DNA of 64,000 nucleotides from Marsupella aquatica (Eukaryota > Plantae > Marchantiophyta): the NCBI GenBank assembly GCA_973895155.1, contig OZ316895.1:4141659-4205658 (forward strand), written 5' to 3'. Shown one piece after another: positions 1 through 12,139 of the stretch. A program made the translations under genes and the position numbers. How positions within the stretch are numbered: the first letter of the stretch is position 1; each line of letters begins with the position of its first letter. The notes beneath the pieces are model-generated. The model saw nothing but the letters and a program-made list of their open reading frames with translations, ran no database searches and was not told the DNA's origin.

Positions 1-215
1 ACCAGCTAAGGAAGCTGGATGAATCACTAATTTTAAAGATTTGCAGGCTGGTAGCAAAACCATTTTATAATAACGCATATCACTTCTACGTAGACCAGGT
101 AGGGGGAGAAATTTATATCCGGTGGGATAGATATGCTGCATTTTCAAGAAGTATTATCCTACTTTTTCTTAAAACTGGTGCAGTAAAATGTTTTATACTG
201 CACTGCTGTCATATT

Positions 216-656
216 ATGAAGGGCAATCCTGCCTATGAACCAGAATTCTATGCCCACAACAGACGTAGAGCATTCGATGAGATTCAGGATGTGATTGACC
301 AGCTGGACAATCCTCTTGCTATCGAGTTTTTGATTGACATTGGTGGGAAGTTATATTCGTGCAGGACTCGTCAACTCCCCCCTAGGCCTCTTTGTCCGTT
401 ATTTAGGTTAACTTATGTATCTTGTTTATGGACAAATGTCCTTGACAATGGTGAGATGTGTCAGTGTTGCACAAATGCCTGTTGTGACGTTCCGTCACGC
501 CGCTATTCAGTAGCTGTAGTTAATCCTAAGACCGGTGCCACAGATTTTCATTGGCTGTGGGCCTATGATCATAGGATCACTCATATACCCCAATGGCCCA
601 AGAAGCTAATCTCTCACTTTGCTGTAGCGCGGTTTGATCTTGGGTGGGATGATTGA
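216..656 (+). CDS. Hypothetical 146-aa Cys-rich protein, possible transposon cargo or last exon of an upstream gene
   Basis: Open frame with CQCCTNACC, followed by palindrome-containing non-coding DNA. No family recognised. Confidence 0.35.
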   Translation: MKGNPAYEPEFYAHNRRRAFDEIQDVIDQLDNPLAIEFLIDIGGKLYSCRTRQLPPRPLCPLFRLTYVSCLWTNVLDNGEMCQCCTNACCDVPSRRYSVAVVNPKTGATDFHWLWAYDHRITHIPQWPKKLISHFAVARFDLGWDD

Positions 657-994
657 TTAGGCACATTATCACATGTACACTCGGTCATCAATTTAAAGAA
701 GGCTCACTTTTTGTTTGGACCACTTTTGCGATAATTTTATCGGTGTTGGTCTCATTTTCAGATGTTGACACGTACGATAATGTAATCTCGGCCGTCAATT
801 TATATCGTGCTCATATTTTTTTGCGATAATTTTATCGGAGTTGGTATCGCTCATGGAATGACCTAATACTTGTACGTGAATGAGGACTTTCTGAGTTCAT
901 TGTATCAATGTTTGCATGCCGGTTTTTGGTTTTTTGGTTTGTCAGAGCGATAAATTTATCGCTCCTTGCATTCAGATTTGCAGACTTTGTCATC

Positions 995-3900
995 ATGGGT
1001 CCTAGTGGGAAGAGTGGATCTGCCGAGGCTGAAAGTCTCATGACAAGCCTCACGAACGCGATTTGGACAAGCGAAGACATTTTTGAAGAGGTCAAGTTCA
1101 TCAAGAAACCGTGGTACTTCCGTGACGCCAGGTTACAATCCAAGGATATGGCAGACTGTGAGTCTCCTATCCTTTGGGTCCAGATGCAAAAATCCGCAAA
1201 GGTTACTCTCTCGTTTGGCCCCGTTGTTGGTGTGGCGATCTGTGAGTACTTGATTAGCCAGGGAGAGGCAAAAGTGTTGAAAGAGGGTCTGAGTTTCTTG
1301 ACAATGTGTGGAGGCAAGGGATTCACCTCTATCATTGTCACCATGGAGAACTTTCTTGAGAAATCCCTTGAGAGTTACCTTGAAGACGCGCTTGTCGCGG
1401 AAGTTAGGTCAGCAAAAGTAATGAATCTTATGGACCCAGCTTGGGTGTGCCAGTTTGTCCAAGATTGTGATCTCATCATGCTACCAAGGGTGAACGCAGA
1501 GTACAAGAGGCTCACAAGTGAAGAATTCAGACCCATCCAGAAAATAGTTATTAAGAGGCCTGGTTCTAACGGGAGTGGAGCTTCATCGGCAAAAGCGCTG
1601 GAGGTACGGCTTTGGACGAGCCCAAAGGTGGTTCGGGGAAGGGAAGTGGCAGGGGGAAAGGGAGAGGGAAAGGGAACATCAGGGAAGATGTTGCTGGTCC
1701 CTCCAAGGGCGGGAGAAGGGGCAGCGGCAATCGTCGAGGTCGTGCAGCCGGTGCAGGTTTAGGCGTTTCGGAAGCGCCTTACATAAATGTAAGCGAGAGT
1801 AGAGGATCTGAGGGATCAAGGCCATCTGGTTCTGGAGTCAGCGTTAAGAGAAAGAGAACCTCGGGGGTCTCACTATATGGGGACCTCCCCATCGCCTGCG
1901 ACGTTTTTAGGCCTTGGACCCCCTAAAATGTAAGAATTTTTTTAAATTTTTTAACCCCTATAAAGTTGGAATATTTTTGGAATATTCTAAAAATTGGATT
2001 AAAAAGACACTAATGTTCTTATAAGTCTCAAAATTGAATTTAAAAGACCCTATTGTTCTTCTACAAAAATTCTTAAGTCTTCCCTTAGAACCAATAAAAT
2101 GACCCTATCCTTCGTCGCACGTGATATGCCATTTTTGTGGAAGTGAAACCCCCGAGAAGAGAACAGGCTGGAGTTTATCCACAGCCCCGGAAGGAGTGGA
2201 AGCCCCGATCGATATGGAGCCTCCGGTGCTTGATGAGCATTTTCCTCGTTTAGATATACAAGCCGAGGTTTGATCGGTACGTGCTACCAAACTTTGATTT
2301 TCTATTGACGAAAGAGGATTTCGATAAAAATCTTGCTGTTTCTTTCGTAATCTAATTTCAAACGGCATTTTCTAGATTGATGAAGAGGAGGAGACTGCTC
2401 TTTCGATGTATGAGACTGACGCCATCAAAGTGGAGCTCAGTCTGCTGATGCAGCGAAGGGTTCAAAGGACAACTGTCCTCTTGCATGTCAACAATTTAAT
2501 TTTTGATGAAGCTGGAGAGAAGTCAACTTTGATCAGACCAGTGGACAAACTGCATGTGGAGAATATCAAGATTCTTCTAAGGAAAACCCCCACTAACTTC
2601 AGCGCACCGTTTGTGCTGTGTGTGGATCCGGAGGATTATCCCACAATCGAGGATTGGGACATTCTAAAGTCCAGAGTATGGAAGTATAGAATTATTGGAG
2701 GAAATCATGGTGCTCGGGCATAGGCCGAGTTGTATAAAATGTATGGGAAGCAGATTTATGGTGAGCTGGAAGCTTGGGTATACGCAGGACTTACCAAGTC
2801 GGAGGTCCGGAAGTTGGGCTTCCAGCACAATTATGACCAGGAGTATAGGAAGAACATGACTCATATCGATAGAGTTTGTGCATGCCACAATATCTTTGTT
2901 GAAAATGGATGTAGGATCAAACAAGGATGTTCGCGAAGCTTGTTGTCAGGAATGTATGTTGCAATACACTCCCGGTGTTCGTGACAGCATGGCCAAACAT
3001 GACCCAACATTCCAGATTGCTTTTCAAATGGGTGAAAATTTGGGATCTTCAGGAGAAAGTTTTCCAGATGTGGGAGAAGGGGACTGTCTTGGGACAACCC
3101 AAAAAGATCGTGGCAACAACAAATGCAAAGGGAAAGGTTAAACCTTAACGCTGAAAGAGATTAAAATGAATAAACTTGCAGGTGACCTCAATTTAAATAC
3201 TTTTCGAGGTCTTCAAGGACAGTCAACTAAGGAGCATGTTAAGCAGCTCTTGAATAGGGTCATTGGGAAAGTGATCACCTTGGATCAAATGCACAAGGAA
3301 GGGGAAAAGCTGAAAAAACTTTCCAAGGTGAAGAAATTATTCTTGCAGATATTTGGGCAGCCTGACTGGGCAACGTGCAGAGAAATGTTTCCAAATGAGA
3401 CGGATGTTTCCGTCCTGAGAACATGGGTAGAGAGGTTGAGCGAAGTGGTAAGCACCCGTCTCTCCCCGAGATTTTTATCGGCCTTGCCATTCCATTAGTA
3501 GATTTTCCTCGTTCCATTCAAAAATCATCGTGAGATTTTTATTGGCCTTGCCATTCCATCAGTACATTTTTGCATAACTCGTTTCATTCCTGAGATTTTT
3601 AACGACTTTCGCATTCGTTAAGCGATTTCATTCTGATTGGAATTCTGTGCGACCTTTGTTACAGTTGAAGATTGGGTCGAAGCGGAAAAATAAAGTTGTT
3701 CCGCCTGTGCAATATAATTTTGCGGGGGAGGTTATTGTTCCCTCCGCTGACATACCGTATGTGTTCAAGAATTTTGTGCTTGCTATAATTGATCGGTACA
3801 ACCGGCTCCAGGCGCTAGGCGAGGACGCACGAGAAGCCGCGGAGCAAATATGGAAAAATTCTGACAGAGATTCTTTCTCTTACTATCTCCATGTTGGGGA

Positions 3901-4770
3901 TGTTCAAATTTTGGATTCTTTTGTGGAGGCAAAACCTTACACTCTTGCCGTCGCTGACATTCCATATGGTTTTAATGCGCCTGGTTCGGAGTTTGATGAA
4001 GTGTCCTTCATGGAAAAGGACGTTGTAGATATGGTGAGAAGTTTTTTGAACATGACAGCTGCTAAGCAGTGGAGGTTTGTTGTGATCCATTCATTACAGC
4101 AAACAAATATGGTCATGTCTGCGCTCGAGATTGTGTGCAACTGTGGGGTTGAGTCTGGAATTTGGGAGAAGACCAACATTCATGAGCGTCCCGCCGGTGC
4201 TCGATTGGCGTGGGGTTTCAAAAACTGGTCGATGGGATTCTACAGCGAGGAAGGCATCCGAACATGAACATGTACAATTTCCAACCGGATGAGTCTCGCA
4301 TCAATATCATCAAGGTTCCATGTGTAACCAAAAAGTTTGTTGATCCGTTGGGCTATGTTGTGAACCCGTACCAAAAGCCTGTTGGTCTGGGTGCTTGGTT
4401 CGTTACTCATTTCTCAGAGAAAAATGATTTGGTTATGGATCTTTGCTGTGGAACCGGATCCATGTTAGCTGCGGCTCTTCTCAATTCTTGCCAGGGTTGT
4501 GCAGTCGATAAAAGAGCTGCGCAGATTGATTTTGTGAGACATCGGATTATGACTCTAGAGTCAAACTGGAATTTATATGATGAAGCACAGATTGAAGGGC
4601 AAGGCGGCGAAGGTCTAGAGATTCAACCACCAATTGGAGGCCAATTGGGAACATTGGGGACTTTGACTTTCATTGTTGAAGTCGTGAAGGAGGTCGAGAA
4701 TGAAGAAGAAGCCGAAGAACCTCCCAGAACGCCTAATGAGGATGATCTCAATGACATGTTATTGGATTAG
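995..4770 (+). pseudogene. Spliced gene: unknown N-terminal domain + ParB/Sulfiredoxin-like domain + beta-class N6-adenine/N4-cytosine DNA methyltransferase, now disrupted
   Basis: Removing MITE 1860-2156 restores the frame (KRKRT-GWSLST). Phase-0 GT-AG introns at 2268-2375 and 3448-3664. ParB-like IRPVD..SAPFVLCV..YRIIGGNHGARA at ~2530-2720. MTase motifs LHVGD, AVADIPYG (DIPY 3956-3967), IWEK, PYQKP (~4370) and VMDLCCGTGS (~4432-4461) occur in beta-class order. Stops at 2721 and 3146 plus several frameshifts. Confidence 0.8.
1860..2156. mobile_element. MITE family A, 297 bp
   Basis: TIRs CTCGGGGGTCTCACT / AGTGAAACCCCCGAG. Perfect 8-bp TSD AAGAGAAC (1852-1859, 2157-2164). Confidence 0.95.
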
Positions 4771-5669
4771 GAAATTGTTATCTGGTTGTATGATAGTTAG
4801 GTTAGGTTAGTTTAGGTTATGTTAGATTATGTCAGTCCTACTTCTCAATATTCAGAGAATGGAGTGTGATAAATTTATCGCAATTACGTTTGAACCCAAT
4901 AAATTTATCGGACATTGCATTCTACTCCCTTGTTTGTCACGGTGTTCTAGCTGGGGACTTATCGGACTTTGCATTCCACGCTCTAGCTATTCCACTCCTT
5001 ATTTGTCACGATGTTCTAGCTAGGGGAATGGAGTTGTCGATAATATTATCGGACTTTGCATTCCACGCTCTAGCTAGTTAGTCATTACAATCAATTCAAA
5101 AAAAGATATAATTATAGCTTTGGAGAACAACATACTTAGTCCCAGACATTCACGACTGCTACCATCCTCATGGGAATGATAACCAGCTTAACGATAACCA
5201 TTATAACTTAAAACCTTTACACTAGCTTCTACTATCACCGACTACAGTGTCCACCATTGCATTTTGAATGATTCGTCTTGTTTGTACAGGGAGAGTACTA
5301 TTTGCCAATAACGCAAAGTTATACGTATAAACTGCAGTTTCTGCTAGGGACAGTTCATCCTCCAGTACTTTGTTAGACGAAGCCTCTTTCTCCGAATAAT
5401 ATCTACCTTCAATTGCAGACTCCTCTTCCGAATCCATTGCATACCAAGTGATTTTAATTTGCTTGGGGATGTTGTTAATTTTTGTGAGAATCTCAGTCAC
5501 TTTTGCCATCCAGAATGGTCTTCCCTTTGGATCCTGATGGGCTGCTACACATATCATTGCAAATTTAGTATTCACCTCTAGATCCTTGAAGTCTCCAATT
5601 TCCGTGACTTTTCTCCGACTTCCGGAATACATGACTGTCCTCACACCCGCTATTTTATCAACCAAGATA

Positions 5670-5967
5670 CTCGGGGGTTTCACTTCCACAAAAATGGCAT
5701 ATCACGTGCGACGAAGTATAGGGTCATTTTATTGGTTCAAAGGGAAGACTTAAGAATTTTCTGAGAAGAACAATAGGGTCTTTTAAATCCAATTTTGAGA
5801 CTTATAAGAAGACTTAGGGTCCTTATAACCAAAATTTTGGAATATTCCAAGAATATTCCAACTTTATAGGGGTTGAAAAAATAAAAAAATTTCTTACATT
5901 TTAGGGGGTCCGAGGCCTAAAAACGTTGCAGGTGATAGGGAGGCATCCGTATAGTGAGACCCCTGAG
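5670..5967. mobile_element. MITE family A, 298 bp, inside the transposase CDS
   Basis: Same TIRs, opposite orientation to the 1860 copy. Perfect 8-bp TSD CCAAGATA (5662-5669, 5968-5975). Confidence 0.95.
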
Positions 5968-7786
5968 CCAAGATAGGTTCCATTGCTGCTTCCGTAGGAT
6001 TGGTCGTCGGTTCTCTCTGTACGTTTACCTTGGGCCAACTCCAATCAAAACTCCATTGTGCAGGTTTCAGGTGGTGCTGAATCACTTCTTTTTGTTTGTT
6101 GAAAAAATGACCCCACCATAGCCGATCTTTGTCGTCAAAGTAATTGAATCCATCTTCAATTGCTCCCGATACTTTCGAAGAATTGAAAAATGATTTTGCG
6201 CCGCCCGCTTGTCTTGTTCCTCAGTATCATTCTCTTGATCATCATTGTCTCCTGTCGCTCCCGTGGCCGTCTTCAATGCCATTTGTGGTGCGACCCACAT
6301 TCCAGATGAAGGAATGTACCGAACAAATTCCACGGGCTCCCCCCAATCTGTTGTCGTGGAAAGATGTTTGGCATGGAAGACAGACCGAGCACTCCCATCT
6401 TCGAGTACTCTGGTAATCCAAAATTGTTTCTGAGCACTTATGCCATGGAGAGTACGCAGAACTTGACCATCCATATCCTTGTCATTTGCTTGATCCTTGT
6501 CAGACACAAATTTTTTCAAATCGGCAACCTCATCGACAAAAAATATTTTTGCCGTAGGATTGTAGGATTCCTCGGTCTATGATTGCGGAAAGAGTGTCCA
6601 ATCGAAAAGCTTTTCGCTTGTTCAATTTTGAAGAAAACTTGCTAAACATTTGATCAATTTGGTCATGGGTGTGCCCAACCAACAGTAAACCAACCTTTAT
6701 TTTTTGGAAAACACCTATCTCCACCAACATGTTCAAATGTGCCATAAGATATTTATTCTTGTTTTCCCGAGCAATGTTATCAAGCTGGAGGTAAAGCACT
6801 AGAGGGAGTGGACCTTCCCAGGTATTCAAAATATGCTGAATAACGTGGATGGTCAGGTTGCTATCATTGTGAATATTTGGTTAGTTCAGAAAAACATTTG
6901 AACTCAATTGTTTGTTGAAGATCAAACAACCCACTACGTGTACAGGGATGAAATACTTCTCATCCATATTCTTTGGACACCGAATGAAATGAGGTAACTC
7001 TGTCTTCTTTTGATCCATTCCATCAATACAGATGCCCAAATATTTCTTCGGACTCTTGTAACATTTGCTCCAGTGCTTTGCTAACTTCTCCCTCTCCACT
7101 GCTTGTGCCTTCCAATGCTCGTTTAGCAATGTTAAGAATTTTCCTACAATAATAAAAACGTTTAGAACTTTGCTGGCCTGACAGCGATAAATTTGTTGGT
7201 TCAGTATTCAAACACTTGATTTGATAACCATAATGTTAAACCGTGACAGTGATAAATTTATCGGGATAAGTATTCAAACAATATATTCACACATTACCAA
7301 AGAAGAAGCATGGGAATACTCAGCCCGATAAAATTATTGGGGATAAGTATTCAAACTGTTCAAACGATATATTCACACACATTACCAAAGAAAAAGCATG
7401 GGAATACTCAACCCGATAAAATTATCAAGAGTAACACACGGGTTTAGAAACTTACTCTTTTCTGCTTCGAGTGTTGCCTTATCACGAAGTGCTTTGAATT
7501 CAGTACACGGGGCACAGGTGGAGAAACGACTCCTTTTGGGGATGCGCACGCGAGGAAACTCCTTGTTCCAAATGTGAACAAACCACAAATATGTCACGCC
7601 TTGTTCTTGGCGCATTAGAGTTTCAGATTGGAAGGCGTCAAAAACTTCTGTTTTTGTCCAATTGTCAGGTAAATTAAAGATATCCTTGTTGGGGAGACTC
7701 TCTACATTTGTGGTAAAAAAATCATCCAGCCACTGAACAAGACCAAGATGTGCGGTCGATTTTTCTCTACAAAATGTATCAATCTG

Positions 7787-10700
7787 TGTCACGTCATCGG
7801 CTGCGGCCTTAACTCAGACTTCAGCTTAGACGGGCATATCCCTCGTAAATCTGAGGGTTCGGGCAGGAAGGGAAGCACGTAATGCACCTTATTCTCGTAA
7901 ACTAGCGCTAAGTGCGCATACTGCTAAATACGGACACCTCCTAGGTATGGTTTGTGTTCTGCCGCCGGAACGTACCTTAGTCGATAGCAGGATCAACCCC
8001 GGCTTAAGGGCTTCTAAGCCTTCGTGCTGTCTGCCTTCGATCCAGATTCGATGATACAGGTCCTCAACCCGTGCTCGCAACCACTTACCCGCAGGCTACA
8101 CCCTGTGCACGTCTCGGATAGTGCGTTCAGCCTGGCGCTGCCACCCATATACGAGAAACCCACACACATACACGCGCACATGCATACAATCTCGATTTAC
8201 ACAAAGAAAAATGATGGGAAAGGATTTTACTACAAAGGGAACATATGCGTACACTTAGTTGACCCGACAGCCCCAGAATGAACAGGTTCAAGGCCGAGGG
8301 TGCACACTACAACGGAGCCCGGCTCCGCACTCGCCCGGCGAGCTTAGTCCTACCCCCTCCCCTTGGTACTCTTTCATTCCCAGAGGTCGGGACTCCCCGC
8401 ACATACCGCGGACGCCCAACTTTGCAACTAAAAACCCCCCCCGTCTCTACCGAGGGGGTGCACTAAATACTAAGGGCCGAGGGACGGGGTGTTCTCTCGC
8501 CGAAGATTCACTGACTACGGTCCTAACTAAGCTGATAGTCAGGCAGGAAACGACTGTGTCTTATTAGAAGATCCTAATCTATGCAGGCTGGACAGCACGG
8601 CAGCGATGTTGTACCTGAGGCAGGTGCCTGTCCCAAGAGCCTGACTAAGCTAGTCCTAATCCTACTCTATTCCTACTCTGCCGCTAATGCCTGGCACGCT
8701 TGCCAGAGCCACCTGAATGGGACGGCCATCCCGCTGCCTTCGGAGCCTGTCATTGTCCGCTTTGAGGAGGTGGACCTGGTCCAGCAGAGATTCATTCTCT
8801 TGCCTCGCCGTGTCCGTCTTCTCTGCTGCCTCCTGACAAGCCTCCTCCAACTGCTGGGCGTCACTTGTCAGTTTACCCGCCAGCTGGTCCTGCCTCTCGG
8901 CCTCGGTTTGGAGCCGCGCCACCTCGGCCTGCAGCGTGGCTATCTCTGCCGTGTCCCGCTGGGCCCGTTCCTCAGCCTCCTCCATGTCTTTCTGCCAGGT
9001 GACAGTTTGATTCTTCAAACTGTCAATCTGGTTCCGAAGTCGTGTAATCTCGGCTTTGTTCCCAGCTTTGGCCTGTTCGGCTAGGGCAGTAAGAGCGTGC
9101 GCCTTTGCTAACAACTCATCGGCGGCTGCAACCGTGGGTCGTAGTTGCCGAAGCTCAGCCTCTTGAGCTGCAACTTCGTTCTTTAGGTACACGGACTCCA
9201 CCCGGTACCGCTCTATCCTCTGAAGGGCCTCTGACTGGGCCCGACCTGCCTTTACTGCGGCAACCAACTCCTGATTGAAGAAATAGGCTACCTTCCGGGC
9301 CATGAACTCCCCAGTATCCCGGGAAATTTGATGAGAGAAATCTCCCAGAAGCCCATTCAAAAATGTACCCGGTACGAAGAGTTTCGGGTGGTCCAGGTTG
9401 TGCCTATCCGGAGTTGGGCACGGGCAGACGTCCACACGCACGGGGGCCGGGGCAGTGACGTCCAGCCCTGGGGACGTAACGTTGGAAGGGGCTGGAGCGT
9501 CCTCCTGTAGCAATGTCCGGTTCTCCGGAATAGCCACCGGTGGGTCTTTGGGAGAACCGGGCTTGGGTAAGACCTTCGCCGTACCGACTTCTGTACTTAG
9601 CCCGGCCTGTTGGGTCGCATCAACGGTTGCGACACCCGACCCATCCGGTACCTCCTCGGTTACGACTACAGCTACTTGTGGAGGTGGGGTGGGTGAAGCT
9701 GGCGTGTCTGCTGGACTTTGGGCCTCGGGCTGGGGCCGTCTCTCCAAGGCCGGGAAAACCCACCTAGCTGGGACCAACTTTGTAACGTTGACACGGGGAA
9801 GGGTTCGTCGATCAAACCGGGCGTACCACTCAAGAATGATCTCGATGTGGCTAGCGAAATACGCCTTCCCGCCAATGTACAGCGTCTTCCTTCGCCGCTC
9901 CATCTCTTCATGGAATTTCTTAGCGAAGTACGACGCCCACCTCCTAGGTCGATAGTTCTCAACCTGGATAACCTGGGCGGCGGAGATCTCCCCCCGGGGT
10001 TCCATCATGTGGAGGGCGTACCTCTGGAACTCCAGTCGCTCAGCTATCTCGGGGATGAGGCAGGTTTTCATCACGAACCCGTTGTCCACTGCTCCCTCTG
10101 AGGGAAAACTTGAAGATTGGTACTTGGCTCCCTTGCCCCCGGGAGCCCGTGATTCGACTCGATGGTCACCTTCGGGTAACCCGAAGATCATCCTGAGCCG
10201 TTCTTCCGTGAGGGACATACTCCTTCCTCGTAGTCGAGTATGTTGACGCGCGTCGTCATAATTCCTGACGAACTCCGTCATGTCCTCCCCGTAGTACCTG
10301 CAAGTGTTCCAGGGGAGGGAGGCGAGGTGCTCGAATCCTTGAGTCTTCAGGTACACTGCATGCTTGGGATGGAGGATGTTTTTGTGAACATTTTCCCCCA
10401 TGCGGTGCATCGTCACCTTGGCCACGGCTACCATGGCCAAGGGTAACCCGGACGTAGTGGCGGATTCCTTCCTCTTCTTCCCCCGTGACTGGCTTGGGGA
10501 AGGTGACACCTCCCCATCCTCCTGATCGGGCCTGGGTAGTGCTACTGCCGTTAGTAACGGGCCCGGGTCGGCCACGGTCACCATGTTGTCTGCCGGGGCC
10601 GCTCCTGGGGTCAGAGTAGGGGGTGGGGACGATATGGTATCGGCCCCCTGAGCGCTTGTTCCTCTGGGCCGCCTGGTCAAGGGTAGGGTAGCCTCGTCGT

Positions 10701-11792
10701 CATCGCTAAGATCCACAGCGTTGATGACGGATCGTACTTGTGCTGGCTGGGCGATCGGTGGTGGGGTTTGGCTAGGCTGTGGCTGAGGCTGAAGCTGAAG
10801 CTGAGCCTGAGGTTGTACGGGTATGGGTACGGGTACGGGTACGACTGAGTTGGTCATGTTGGTTGCTGGCCAAGTTCCTGTGAAGCTCTGCAGGTGCTGG
10901 TAGAAGTTCTCCGAAGCGAGTGCAGACGATCTTGTCAAACGGGTAGTGTTGGACTCGCTGTTGATGATAGCCCGAACCTGAGCAGGGATGTGGTCAAATT
11001 GATGTCGCTACAAGTCGATCATACCCGGGATATTGAAAACCTCGTCCGGAAGCCGAAGCAATGCTTCCTAGAACCCGATATATTTGTCTCCGTTGAAGAA
11101 GTACCCGGATACCTCTACTGGTCGGTAAAGCTCGCTCTGAGACGGGTAGTCAAAGTTAAGGATGTAGTGGTATCGTCCTGCTAGGCGGATGGCTCGCTCG
11201 TACTCGCGTTTGATTTCGTATCGGCGTGGGTTGGCGTGTTTCAATGAGTCGGCCAAGTGCCTTCCGGTAGATAGGAACTGCATCCAAAATCGAATGGCCG
11301 AGCTGGAGAGGATCGTGTGCGACATTCAGAGGAGATAGTAGTGTCGACTTAGAGCGAACGAGAGAGCTGGGGTCGAAGCTGGCGCGTGGATTGATGGACT
11401 GGTGCACTACAAAGGGTTGGCTCCCCTTTTATACCTTGAGGGCTTGTCGATCCCCCGACGTCTCCTCGACGTCCATAGGCTGAACCGCTCACGCTTGCGG
11501 TGTGCCGGCCACTCCGCCGGTCTGAGTCAGCGCGTGTCAGTGGCCGCTTCCTTAAGTTTGTTATACGGACCCGAGGGAGGGGCCCCTCCACGCTCGTAAC
11601 CCGGGTGTGCGAATAGCGACCAGCCGCCAGTCCGAACCTGAATTCCCCCTTATTGCCTAATGATATCCTACCCATAATGATTACCTAAATACTGTCATTA
11701 TGCTAATAATAGTGGTCTAAGACACTCCTAACGCGCGTGCCGAGCGCAGTTAGACCGAATCACTCATTAACCGCCGTACCGGCGGCGTCACA
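7787..11792 (-). repeat. Putative 3' LTR, 4006 bp
   Basis: Starts TGTGACG right after the PPT and ends CGTGACA at the TSD. TATAAAA at 11433-11427 and a GT-rich tract near 8160-8200. Confidence 0.6.
8662..11325 (-). pseudogene. 887-codon retrotransposon accessory protein (Pro/Gln-rich linkers, plant transposon protein-like core, C-terminal coiled coil) with two in-frame TAG stops
   Basis: The 85-aa ORF (11325-11068) and the 758-aa ORF (10938-8662) are in one frame, separated only by TAGs at 11070-11068 and 11010-11008. Core EFVRNYD..LRGRSMSLTEERLRMIFGLP resembles Athila-type extra ORFs. Confidence 0.7.
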
Positions 11793-12139
11793 TAGCTCCC
11801 TGCTTAATTGTGAAGCGTCCTCGCGAACATCACTCTTGGCGTCGTCATCTTGATGGTGGTACTTTTTTACACGATCGTAGCTGATTCGCGTGGGGAGTAA
11901 ATCGCCGGCATACGTCGCAAGCTCTAAAGATCCGTTACGGTAGATCTGATTGACAAGGAAGGGCCCTAACCACCGGGTATGAAGCTTCCCTGGAAACTGT
12001 ATGTACCTACTATCGTACAGAAGGACTAGATCGTCTGCCACGACGTCGACCCTCCGTAGTCCCTTGTCGTGCTGCTTCTTCGAAGTTGCCTGTTTCTTCA
12101 CGGCGTGTCGAGCTGCTAGTAGTCGTGCTTCTTCCAAGG
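11760..12139 (-). pseudogene. Gypsy integrase C-terminal fragment (GPY/F domain)
   Basis: KKQHDKGLR..DLVLLYDSR..PGKLHTRWLGPFLV..NGSLEL. Confidence 0.85.

Noticed and set aside
995-4770. Bacterial contamination or a restriction-modification system
   Set aside because: The gene has spliceosomal introns and a plant MITE insertion, sits among plant TEs, and has no cognate nuclease.
8581-10446. Plus-strand ORFs of 60-185 aa
   Set aside because: They are antisense shadows of the GC-rich minus-strand gene.
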